Shown here: positions 1 through 12,000 of the stretch, in pieces
Layout of the letters: every line of letters starts with the position of its first letter
How positions within the stretch are numbered: position 1 is the first letter of the stretch
Source: Spizellomyces punctatus DAOM BR117
Lineage: Eukaryota
Length of the DNA stretch: 64,000 nucleotides
Direction: 5' to 3' (one strand)
Assembly (NCBI GenBank): GCA_000182565.2
Contig: KQ257468.1
Program-made: the position numbers and the translations under genes
The notes under the pieces: generated by a model
Database searches by the model: none
What the model was told of the DNA's origin: nothing
Seen by the model: the letters and a program-made list of their open reading frames with translations, nothing else

Positions 1-146
1 ATGAAAAGTAAGGGGGGCTGGTTTGCCTCGCCTTGTGGGCGGTTTTCCCACCCAGCCATTTCTTGACAATTTAGAATTCATTTGTTTTTGGAATCTGACC
101 TGCTGGAAAAGCAGATTGGAAAGCACGTAGAGGGTAATTTGTCACA

Positions 147-1915
147 ATGGGGTTTGGTTTCTTCAAAGCGTCAAAGAGCAAAGCCCAGCCAAAACCACCA
201 GAGACATCCTCCACGGACTTGCGAAGAAAAAATTCGAGAACGAGCGCTCCTACAAACCCTTCACCAAGGTTTCTTACGAACGCTACGCCACGAGCTCAAA
301 GCTTTGAAGCAGGGTAATGGCCGCTGGCTAGCATATCAAATGTACTATTTGAAGCTGACTGTCTATGATATAGGCAGTACCGAACGCTTGATCCAAAAGC
401 GGATGCATTGGATTACACGAGGACAGAGGGCATTTCAAAAGGCTTTCTGGATGATGTCATGTTTGATTTCGATTCGAGGTTGGATTTGAGTGGGAACCCG
501 GAGACAAAGAAACCAGAGCTTGGAAGCAAGAAAGAAGGTGGGTAAAGAAACCTGGGCTTCGAGCCAAGCAGTTTATCTTCATTATCGAGCGCTTGTTAAT
601 TTCCCTACCCATAGTAGAACCGCGTTTTAAATATGAGTTGGTGCAGAAGACGATCCCAACATACACATACACACCGAAGGTCTATCGTCTGGGCACAGAT
701 AGTGCCGAAGATAAGACTGCGAGTCACGTTGACGCGTCCTCATCAACGCCTAAAAAGTCCAGCAAAGATGCAGCTAGAGATGCGGATCTCGTTTCCGGCC
801 TTGCCGAAGCGTCATTCTTATTTCGCAAAGTCAAATCAAGCAATGAGATAAGGGAGACCCCAAGTCCTAAGGCAGCGTCTAGAGGTGAAACGGAGGCAGT
901 AAGATTTAACAGACGAGCACGACAGAACCCGGGTAGTCGTCCAGCGGTGGCGGGGTCATTGAACCGGTCGTCGAGCAGAGGACGAGGGCGCAACAGAGCG
1001 CCTACAAAGGGAGTGTCCGGAGAGTCAAGCGGAACCGAATCTGAGGACGACAGTGATCATGTGGCTCTTGCTCCATCTCGCCATCGCTCCACCTCCCGCG
1101 CGAGACCTGTTGTCCAACAGCATTCTGACTCTAATGCAAAGAGCTTGTCTTCGACAAATCTAACCCACTTGGCACAGCCAAAGCTTTCCCCAAGTCGAAT
1201 AAGAGGGAGGTCCGTTGGGCCTTTACCATCACCACCACCATCTCCCTCCGCCGGAAGTGGCCATGAACGTCCCCAGAGCCGTTCGCGATCTCGCTCGAGG
1301 ATGGGACGACAGATAGTTCCATCTACTTCCGATGAGGAGGAGGACTCGGAATCAGACGACGACGTTCCACTAGCTGGTGTTCGAATGCAAGCTATTGAAA
1401 ATCGACAGCATAGGGGACGCCGACGTACAGCTGCGACTCGAGCGCCATCATCGGATTCTCGGAGTCAAGCTGTCGAGTCTGCGGGACGTAGGTCGATAGA
1501 TGTAACACCTGGACGCAGCAGTCGCCGTAATGCGAGCGAGCAAGCCCCGCCGCCTCCCACTGACAACCTCCTGCCATCTTCCTATACCTACTCGCAACAG
1601 CAGGCAATGGCGGCGCTAGCCCAACAGCAACAAATGTGGGTAGCGTACTACCAACAAGCGGCCGTTTATCAACAGGCAGCATACCAGCAGATGCAACAGC
1701 AACAAGTAGGTAATATACCTTCTGCTGCGCCGTACGCTTTCCCAGGTGTCATGGGACAAGGGATGATGCCGTACGGAGTATTACCGTCAGCTGTCCCTTC
1801 TGTTGCGAAGAAACGAAGCAAGAATTTATCCAAGAAGAAGTCTGGAGTGTCGCTGCGTGGTAATGAGGAGAGTGTAGTGGTAGAGGGAGCCGTAAGTGGT
1901 GATTGTGCTGCATAA
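147..1915 (+). CDS. Hypothetical Ser/Arg-rich low-complexity protein (about 3 exons)
   Basis: ATG at 147 (MGFGFFKASKSK...), two GT-AG introns near 313-373 and 538-615, then a long open exon to TAA at 1915; S/R-rich with a Q-rich C-terminal patch; no family recognised. Confidence 0.6.
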
Positions 1916-2127
1916 TCTAAGCAAGGCTTGTATAGAGATGATAGATGTGATTTAGAATTTTTGTGCGAGTGAAGTATACCTTAGAATGTAAATGTTTAAA
2001 TTTTGTCACAATATGCTCTAGTAAATTGAAAGGATGGAGAATAGCATTTAGCGACTTCTGCCGTCAATGTGATCCAGTAACTGCAATTGCCCAGTGGCAC
2101 AGTCTGAGCGATCACGATTACGAGATC

Positions 2128-3742
2128 ATGGATCTGCCTGCGACAGCGTGGAAATGCGTCTGCCTTTTATTGTTGGACACTTTCTTCGCAGCCGCAGTGT
2201 TGCGTTTGCTTGCATCATGCTTCCACTCTTCTCCATATGCAGTTTCCGCTCCACGCGTGCGACGTCTGTCAACCAGCCGTCTCGGTCGCAAAGGAGAAAC
2301 ACCACGACCGAAACCAACCATTCCACCGTCAAGTCTGAAGGGTTACCGGAAGTGGACATGGCTATGGTATTCGTATTCATCCTACGAAAGTGTCGGACCC
2401 ATTGATTGTATTCGGTGCTCACAGTACCTTTGTAATAGGCACGGCCTTCGCGATTCGCACTTGTTCTTCACGGCGGCGCTGGTGTGATACCTCCCGACAG
2501 CCTTCCGCCACCCACGCGTGAAAAGTACGTCGTTGCTTTGAAGGAAGCCCTCCTTGCCGGCTACACTGTCCTAAATGAGGGTGGAACGAGCCTAGATGCG
2601 ACTGAGGCAGCTGTGAGAGTTATGGAAGGTATGTACGATGCCCTATACCTATCTAGGTGAAGGTGGCTTATGATGTATATTTTAGATTGTCCATTGTTCA
2701 ATGCAGGGTAAGTAGGGGTGGGAAGTTCAGCGTCTCGTAGGAGATGACTACCTGTCAATACTCAGAGCTGATCAGCAAGGGCGCGGTATTCTCTCGAGAT
2801 GGGAAGAACATGTGTGAGGCTTCTATCATGGATGGCCGAACGATGAAAGCAGGTGCTACGACGTTGGTAGGTACAACTGCCATCCTTGAGGGTCAAAGAT
2901 TTATAATTTGACTATGTCAACTTCAAGCTGACGACAGTCAAAAACCCAATCTCTCTTGCCCGCGTGATTAAAGACACGACGCCTCACGTTTTCATCGCAG
3001 CCCCCGAGGCAGAAAAACTGGCCGCAGAAAGTGGACTGGAAATTGTGGACCCGTCCTACTTTTTTACTGGTGAGCTCGCCTGTACTTGGTGGCGCATAAC
3101 ACCAAGAAGCATGTAACACAATCACCCCTTAGAACATCGCTGGAAACAGCACCTAGAACAACCCGCTGATAGTCCCGCCATTAGTGAATCCGCTCCAGCA
3201 CATTACAAAGATCAACTGCCGTCATACTCGGAAAAAGATGCGGACCCATATCCACAGGGAACTGTGGGTGCGTGTGCGTTGGATACGCATGGTGATTTGG
3301 CGGCCGCCACCTCCACCGGAGGCAAAACAAACAAATGGACTTACCGTATCGGGTATTGACAACTTGGTGGTTGACAGCTACGTTGGAGGTCCTTATCTAA
3401 TGCTCTCTTGTTAGTGACACCCCGCTCATCAGTTGCGGCACCTATGCCGAAAATCGTTACGCTGCAGTCTCGGGAACCGGAAATGGGGAGTTCTTTATTC
3501 GTTACGCTGTGGCGTATGATATCGTTGCACAAATGAAGTACGGCACAAACGTATCCTTGGCAAAAGCTGCCGACAAAACCATTCATGAAACGATGAAGAA
3601 TGCCGGTGGTGAAGGTGGGGTTGTCGCGGTTGACGCACATGGACGTGTCGCGCTCCCGTTCAACACTACGGGAATGTATCGCGGCTTTATCAAGGAGGAT
3701 GGTGTTCCCCATGTAGCAATCTTCCACGGAGAGTGGTATTGA
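2128..3742 (+). CDS. Isoaspartyl peptidase / plant-type L-asparaginase (Ntn hydrolase), multi-exon
   Basis: Spliced motifs [29 protein letters not shown], autocleavage site [47 protein letters not shown]. Start codon uncertain. Confidence 0.9.
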
Positions 3743-3878
3743 GGCCTTACGGGATTGAACCCGTCTCTCTATTCTGTATTATTAGTTACATATGTAGAAT
3801 TAGTGCTACGTTAAGATGGCATCAAATTTAGCAACCGAGAATGCCATATGTCTTAGACCCAGATGCATGGTCTGCGTA

Positions 3879-6800
3879 TCAGAGCTCCAATCTCTGAATC
3901 CACCACTTTGCAAAATCTGCAACACTACCGTATTGCAGCACAACCTCCCTAGCCATTTCCAACTCCTTTCGGATCCGGACGTCCTTTGTCTTTCGCGATC
4001 GCGGAAACTTGCGAGTAAGAACTTTATCTATCAGATAGTGCACCCACTATCAAAAATGAAAGTAATTAAAAAACATGTTCAACAAGAGGATCAAAGTTAT
4101 GCAAGTTCACCTACAAAGACGTTTGTCTTCGGACAGAATTTCTGCCACTCGCCTTGCACCTCATCTCGCATCCATCGGTATATATCGAATTGTAAGTCAC
4201 CTATTGCCAATGATAGCCAAAAATGTCAGAGATTCGGTAGGCCCAAGCAGTTATCTTTCGCAGATTCAGCCATACCACCACGCTGTCCCTTGCCCTTTCC
4301 GTCGAATAGTTCTGGGTCATCCAATGGCAGGTAGACTAGTTCAGGGTCTACATTGAAATGAATTTACATTAGATGATCCTTTACCTTTACGAACAGAAGG
4401 ACGTTGATGGGCACTTACATGCGCCTATCCTTCCCCATGTATAGTCGATAATGCAGATTCTCACCCCTTCATTGGAAAATTGAATTCGATCTCCATCCAA
4501 GTCAACTAGATATTTCTCGGGTGGAGCAGTAGTGAGAAGCACGTTTCCCCAATGCAGATCTCGATGCTCAAACATTTCTTGAATTTCCGCATTAGCTACG
4601 GACAGGCAAAGCTGGAGCAGGAGACTCTGACATTGAGGTGCTGTGAGGGGAGGATGGTGTTCGAGATCTGTTCCGCCGTTTTGGAGAATAAGCAGGGCGT
4701 GGAGTTGGGTCGCTGGGTAATAGTCTGGATATCATATTGTGAGAATCTGAACGAAAGCCAAAACGGAAGAATGGGACTACACCAACCAGGTCGATCATTC
4801 TCCATCTCGCCATCCCATTCGTCGCGAATGCGCAGCAGCCATTCAGGCCATGGACCAACGCACACTCCAACACTTACGCGCAAGATAACATTACATGGGC
4901 GTGCTCTCAGAGAGATATAAAGAGGAACGCTGATCCTTACCCCAAACATTGGACAAAACTTTTTCCGACTCGTGCCACCTTATTCATGATCATCACCTCC
5001 TTGACCACCTCGTCAACACCCATCTGGTCGCCCTCGCCGCCAAACGGTATGATTTTTACCGCCGCTGGGATCCCGGGACAACGGGAGTACTCGACGGCGA
5101 ATACTTCAGAGTAGCTCGCTTCACCCAGTTTACCGGTTATGGAGCTAAAATCATACGTCAGCCACTGTTATAGATCTGGATAGCTCGCGCACGGTCATGC
5201 ACCTTCCAGCAAAAAACTCATCAAATGCAAATGGGCATGGCTGTTGAGCGAGCTCAAGCAAGTCTTTGAGGCTTTTCTGGGAGGGTTTAATAAGCGCACT
5301 GGTTACGTAGGGGGAGCCCATGAAAGTCATACCTCTAATCCAAGGTCTGCTGTTCTGAGAGTTGTCGTTCGATTCACTTCAACTTCATTGAGTGTTACTC
5401 TTTCTATGCTCTGCCCCAACACTTCAACTTCCTCATCCACATGCAGAGCTTCTTCAATATCAATACCCATTTTGAGGTTATTCTGAATATTTGCTTCGTC
5501 TATCCGCAAATGAGTTATGCCATTTGTCAGTCCTTCTAAGTCGCACGTCCCCTCCAGCATGTTAGCATCTCGCTGTGTTCTTGTACCGACGTTTCCGTCC
5601 GTTTCCGCGTCATCCTGAACAATCCTCTCGTGCTCGGACCCTGCCTGCGCCTTTTCGTATATTGAGTCAGTGGCAGGTAACGTTTCCGTAACACCATCAT
5701 TTTCATCCGAATCATCAATGACGGCCCAGGCGCGACGTTGAGGTCGTGGTAATGGCGTGTTCGGTTTATTAGGATCCCTGTCATTTACATCTCTGCTGTC
5801 CAATCCATATCGGTCGGGGACTGTCAGGGTGTGGTCTGCTTCAAAATCTACCTTGTTGCAATCGACTTCACACAGGGAGAGCCCTTTTGGGAAGCCTTCT
5901 ATAGACCCCTCCTGGTTTGCGTGGTCTTCAACGACATTTTGTCCCCCATCAGAGACCTCTTTACTCTCAACATGAGATTGCTTTCTACCAACAGAGTTGT
6001 GCCGCGAGCTCACATCAGTGGCTATTGAAGGGCGGTTCTCAGAGGACGCAAATGTATCGTTCTGCGAAGATCCACTTAAATGAACATCTCCTGATCTAAG
6101 ATCAGGACTGTGCGATTGCGATGATTCCCACTGCTGGCTTCTTGTGTCAGCATACTCGCTTTCATTGCGGGAGATAAAGCCCCGGTGACGCCGTCTTCGT
6201 CGACGCCCGACTGTTATTTGGCCTCGTGACTGCTTAACACTGGAAATAGGCGTGCATTGACCGATATCCACTGACGGTAAAACTGTGGACTCTCGTATGA
6301 ATGGATTTCTATCTGCCTCTTCGTCGTCGCCGCGATTGTCGGCCCCTGATAATTCCTGATTAGTTATCAGACTTCCCCCCACGCCCTCTGGCATTCTGTC
6401 TAGACGGCCATGAAGACTCTTCTCAAAGGAGCGGGATACACCTTCCAAGAAGTCTATCTCGACGCCCTCCCCTGCCAATCTGTGGGTTTCGTCGCTGCTC
6501 TGTATGGGACTCACACAAATCTCGGATGGTGGTAGCCATTCAGGTGTTGATGGAATCAAGAGTGTCAAGTTGGCGGGTGAGGATGGTGACGGGTATAACT
6601 GCGATTTTAGGGACGGCTCCGCCTTCGGATTTAGTTCTTTCTCCTCAGCTGTGTGCGTGTTGGCTTTGTCGACCGTAGATGGCTCCGTGTTTTTGTCTCG
6701 CGCAAATCCACCATTTTCGCATGAGCGAGTTCTATTTTGCTCGGATGTAGGAGATTTGAATTTCATGTCATACACTATCCTGTTTTCCTGGTCTTCATCA

Positions 6801-6988
6801 ACCGCGCTTGTCTTTGGATCCCTCCTACTGTATTCGGTTCTTCGGGCATGGCATGTCCCACCTGGCTTGATTTTGAATTCCCCGTCTTCTTCACCATCAG
6901 ATACCCACGTAGACCTGTTAACAACTCGATGAGAGCGTTTTCCGTAAGTCCGGATGGTTTTGGTCTTGGTCGTCAGGAAGGCATTCAT
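3879..6988 (-). CDS. Haspin-family Ser/Thr kinase with long disordered N-terminus
   Basis: N-terminal RTYGKR motif; kinase motifs KLGEASYSEVF, AVKIIPF, FEHRDLHWGNVLL and the haspin-specific IIDYT. Confidence 0.88.
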
Positions 6989-7124
6989 TGCGAGACATGA
7001 GGTGGTGGGTAGGAGCGTGGGCGAATTGGTACTCGCGACTAAGCCCTGTCCAAGTGGCTCGGACAAGGTCCTTGTACGATGTATGGCTTGCAAATCCACT
7101 TTTGTTTATCACAGATACCCAAAG

Positions 7125-7793
7125 ATGGCATTCGACACCATCAGCGTTTCAGCCCTGAGTAATCCGCTGAATATTGTCCTATTTCTCGTCCTGCTGCTCC
7201 TGATTCGAGAATTCCAGGCGTCAGAGGCAAATTTACCACCACCAGAGCATCCTCCAGGTATGTCTGAAAGGCGTAATCCTGTTCACGACAACCATTGACG
7301 TCCCAAATAGAGCCAATTGTGCTTAAACGATATACACCACAAACTCTTCTACCGTACACTGGGGAAAAGTCTAACGGCATCCTTATCTCCGTTCTAAATC
7401 GTGTGTACGATGTCTCTCGTGGGGCCCAGTTTTATGGACCAGGTACTCTTCTCGTGAAATATTTCCAATATAACACGACTTACTTTCCGTCCTTTCAGGT
7501 GGTCCTTATTCATCATTTGCAGGCCGTGATGCTTCACGCTGTCTAGCCAAAGTCTCCTTTGCAGATGACTTGCTAGCGGATCCTGCCGGGCCCATTGACA
7601 AGCTAGAGGATTTGGATGTGGACGAATGGCAAACCCTGAGAGATTGGGCAGCCCAGTTTGAGTTTAAGTGAGCTATGATAATTCAAAGGCCGTTTTGTGC
7701 TGTAGCAGATGTATTGAGATAATTTTCCTGATTGTCCTTAGGTACGACCATGTTGGGTTCCTGGTGGAGAATGGAGAAAATATCGACGCGTGA
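7125..7793 (+). CDS. Membrane-associated progesterone receptor / Dap1-like cytochrome b5-fold heme/steroid-binding protein
   Basis: N-terminal TM helix, then YTPQTLLPYTG..ILISVLNRVYDVSRGAQFYGPG|GPYSSFAGRDASRCLAK..WQTLRDWAAQFEFK|YDHVGFL across three introns. Confidence 0.9.
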
Positions 7794-8008
7794 CCGGATG
7801 ATAGTGACATCCGAATAACCTATAGGTTGTGTTGGCGTAGGCGAGTCACATTGGCATTCGCGACATCATATACCGAATCGTATTGATCAGCATTATGCAA
7901 ACCCATCTGCCTTTGTGGAGTGCCCTAATTGGGACTTCCGCCAAATGCACATAGAAATATTAAGGTGCTGACAACCGAAGGGATTGAAAGCATTTTCTGG
8001 AACGCCGA

Positions 8009-8713
8009 TCATGCGCATGCCAATTGAAGTGTGATTCCAACTGTTCGCATTGCGGCACTGTATTTCGCAAAATGTTCCTTCACCTTCGATAAATCATCGG
8101 ATCGTGATATGAAACATGTCATAACCGGAGTTTTCTGCGATGGCCCAGCCGCAAGCTTTCCGTCATCCTCAAGATATGCAATCTGAATGTATTGATCGTG
8201 TTCCTGAGGATCGACTTCTGGCAGAGCTGAAGGGTAGTCTAGCACTCGAGCCATATCCGCTTCAGAAACCACACGTGGTCGTCCAGAAAGATCCTCCACA
8301 AAGAATGTTCGCTGTACATACTGAGCATCCGCATGCTTCATATTGATGCAAACCCACGCCCCGTCCAACACTGCATGCGGGCTGGACACCTTCGACAACT
8401 TCCTCAGTTCAAACATGTCTGCAAGTGACCGTATGCTAGGTATCCAGACTGCTTGTATGTACTGCAACAGCAGGTCATGAACGCGCGATTCGGTGGATGC
8501 AATCTCCAAAGAGGGTACGTATATTAGAATGCAAGGCCGCAGATTCGAAAGGAGAAAGGCGAATTCCCCGTAATGGTAGAGATCTGTTGGCGAATAGCAG
8601 GAGTTGAGGGTTAATACATGAAGGTCCTGTGGTGACAGAGAGGAAAAGAAGTTTGCTTCAAGATTGCGGAAAGTGGTTATTGTTTCGGAAAGATCTGATG
8701 CATTGGAAGACAT
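8009..8713 (-). CDS. Hypothetical protein, single exon, ~234 aa
   Basis: Uninterrupted ORF with globular-protein composition; no family recognised. Confidence 0.65.
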   Translation of the reverse strand: MSSNASDLSETITTFRNLEANFFSSLSPQDLHVLTLNSCYSPTDLYHYGEFAFLLSNLRPCILIYVPSLEIASTESRVHDLLLQYIQAVWIPSIRSLADMFELRKLSKVSSPHAVLDGAWVCINMKHADAQYVQRTFFVEDLSGRPRVVSEADMARVLDYPSALPEVDPQEHDQYIQIAYLEDDGKLAAGPSQKTPVMTCFISRSDDLSKVKEHFAKYSAAMRTVGITLQLACA

Positions 8714-9048
8714 TTTCAATGGAAAGTTTGTAGTGGAAGACCAGATCCTTTAGGTCGGGTGCAAGTGCCTTCTCAAAGTGGCTCAGTCACAGTACCACTG
8801 CGTAGTCATTGATGTGCCGTCATGGCAACATTAGTTGAAGCTGTCGAACTGGACCGTCTTCAACGATTTTATCCAATCCAAATCATCTCCGACTGCACAT
8901 TTATATTAAGAAGGCACAAAACGGTCAAACCCAGAGTGAAGATTTTGCTTATATTATAAATACTGCTCGAGGATAAGCGCTCGTTAGCCGCGCGGGTCAT
9001 CAGTACCCACAACATCTACCCGCGATCACCAGTGGTTCGGGGACCACC

Positions 9049-12000
9049 ATGTCTTCGGAGTACATAACTGACCAGATTGTTAAGAGCTGGGAGACGGGGG
9101 GTAGCTCGCAGCTGTAAGTATCTTTCAAGAGTTGACGGCGATTCATGGAGCTGCAAAAGAGAAGGAAACTTTGGATTAGGTGTTTGGATCCGTCGTTGGT
9201 CCAAGTTTTGCTTTCGGCTGTTGAAGCTTGACCATTCGTCAATACATCATACGATAGCAGCAGAAGCACTGGTTGATTCCCATCTTTCTTTTATCCAGTC
9301 TTCAAACTGCCCGTTCTCTCATCATATCGAATAAAAATACGCCAGGCGACATATCCTCCGTCCGGGCATTTGTTCTTGAGCTGTTCTACGCCGGTCTCAA
9401 TGGCGTCCTCGCTCTGGGCTCCATTGCGACGTTTTTCTTGAACTTGTATGTGGATACAACGAAGAAAACCAAGTCCGTGGAAGCAGAAATCGCATCCGGA
9501 TATGTCGGGCCGGAGTCATTGGATGACCCCTTATTAATTCCTTCGATTTTGGTCGACGTCATGTGGCTTCTGGATCAGGAGAGTGACCCGAAAGTAGTGG
9601 AAGGTGCGCAGACGGAAAGAGCTCGGCTGGTAGCTGTGGCGAAGGACTTGCTGGTGCGTGTTTTGCTTCATTTATGGAGTGTGGGGGTGGAATGCAGAAA
9701 TTTGATCTGACTTTTTATTTGATATCTCTATTTACACGTAGGCCAAGAACTTCATACCCGAGGTTATAATGAGGGAAAGACTGGAATTGGATTTTCAGCA
9801 AGCGATTGGCTTGATTCATGATGCGCGGGGAATAGGGAAGAAGGAAGTGCGGGTGCGAACATTCATGTTATATGCGCAAACAAAGTACAATCTTCTTCGC
9901 GAGGAGTCAGAAGGGTATTCTAAGCTTGTTACCGAGCTGTTTGGAAGCCTACCGCCTCTGTTCGATGCCCACGCTTCACATCATGGTGCATCTCGACTGA
10001 CGAAGGAAGAAGCTGTCAAACGTCGTGCGGACGTGGTGGATGAACGAGCGCGAAGGACCATGGGAAACATTGCCAGCTTAATCGGATACTTTGATATTGA
10101 TCCAAACAGGGTTTTGGATCTTATTCTTGATCTTTTTACGGCGAATATTGCGGACCAATGGGATTTCTTTGTGCGCTTGTTGGAACTGAGTCCATGGCGA
10201 TCAAGGGGCGATCAAATACGAGAAGCTAGAGCAGTTTGCGGCCAGATTCTTGGGTTCAAGTTTGATTGGTACAATGGACGCAGCAACACACGGACCGTTC
10301 CAGAAAATCTTATCTTTGTCGCAGCTATCATGGTCAAGCATGGATTGGTGGCTTTGGGAGATCTCTACCCACATTTAAGTCCGTCGGATGAGGAAGTGCA
10401 CAAGTTGTACAAGGATTACGTTGACGACCTAAAGAATAAGGAGAAGACCGCAGGAAGATTCCAGGCCCAGGGAGTATGCATCTGAATAGTCTGTGTTCAT
10501 TACTGTTCGAGCAATTGCTTTATTTACCTCACTTGTGTTGTGTTTAGCTGGTCGGGACTCTCGGCGACGAAGGAAAGGCTTCGACCGCCACTATCACGCA
10601 AGTAAAGGAGAACAAGCCAGAGGTATGTATAAGAAAAGTCCTGCTTTGAACTCGCGCATATGTGACATTCACACAGAATCTCACAGGTCAAGAAATCGAA
10701 CAAGGTTAACCAGAAAGCGGAGCTCGCTGCTGCTCTGCTCGCGATTGGAAACGTGAAGAACGCATTTACCATACTTGAGCGGTTACCACGGCTGTCTGAC
10801 CTGCATCCGGAGATTGTTGAGAATCTCTGTAGATGGATGCGGGAATTGATTAGTCCATGGGATGTTAAGCCATTGGTTGGCGCCGCGCGTGGACCGCAAC
10901 CTAAACCAGAAGATTTCCGAGTGCCCCTCAACACGATATCGGTGAGACTGGCACCATACGGTGAGAAAGTATTTGTTGGAAGGAATAAGCATCCCGCGCG
11001 GTATAGATTCTTCTACGAAAATTGGCGATCGGAGATACCAACCATCCGAAATGTGTTCGAGTTCATCCAAAGGATCCGAATGTATTTGGTGCACATCGGC
11101 CCGCATCTGTACAGAGATCCGATCCTTGTAGGCCAGCTGATTCGCATTGGTGCACTGCACGTTTCAGAGGTTGGTCCATGGACGTTGGACTACATGAGTT
11201 TTAGAATGGTGCGAGCTCAATACGCTTTCATTGCATAGGCTCACAAGCGAATGGAAGGGAAGCCAGATCTTGTTATGGTCCCGCATCCAACAGAAAATGA
11301 TCCTTTTGAGGGAGTTCCATATGACAAGATCATAAACGGATGGCTAAACGTAGTCGCAAATTACCTGCTACCTGCTGTATCTCGCGCCGATCCAAATCCC
11401 GCGAATAGTCAAGGGTTGTGGAAGATTGTGAAAGAATTCCCGTATCAGAAACGGTATGCACTCTATGGAGAATGGAAGAATCGTTTGTACAGTGAAATCC
11501 CGGAAATGAAGCTCGCCAGGGCAGGGTGCGAGCGCGATTGTAGATATATTATGACGTAAGTCCTTTTTAAATTCCACACCCAGATTGAGGACCTACTTAG
11601 TTGTCCCCTGGACCTAGACGATTGTCGAAGGACTCTGGAAAACAGTCTGGTCGTCAAATTGGCAAAGTTGTGCATTCAAATCCCGTCGTTGCATTTTCTT
11701 ATATCATTAAACAATTGGAGAGCTATGACAATATGATTCCGCATGTTGTCGATGCCTCACGGTACCTCACCGAGTTTGAATTCGATATTCTCCCGTACTG
11801 TCTTATTGAAGCGCTGTGCGAGCCGAAGACGCGGGTTGAGGCCAATGGGCTCTCAATTGCCCCATGGCTGAAGTCTCTCGCCGCATTTACCGGGCAGGTT
11901 TTCAAGAAGCATGGAATGGAGCTCGCACCACTCCTTCGATACTTGATTAATCAGCTCTGTGTTGGCAGTGTGCATGATCTGATCGTTCTGCAAGAGTTGA

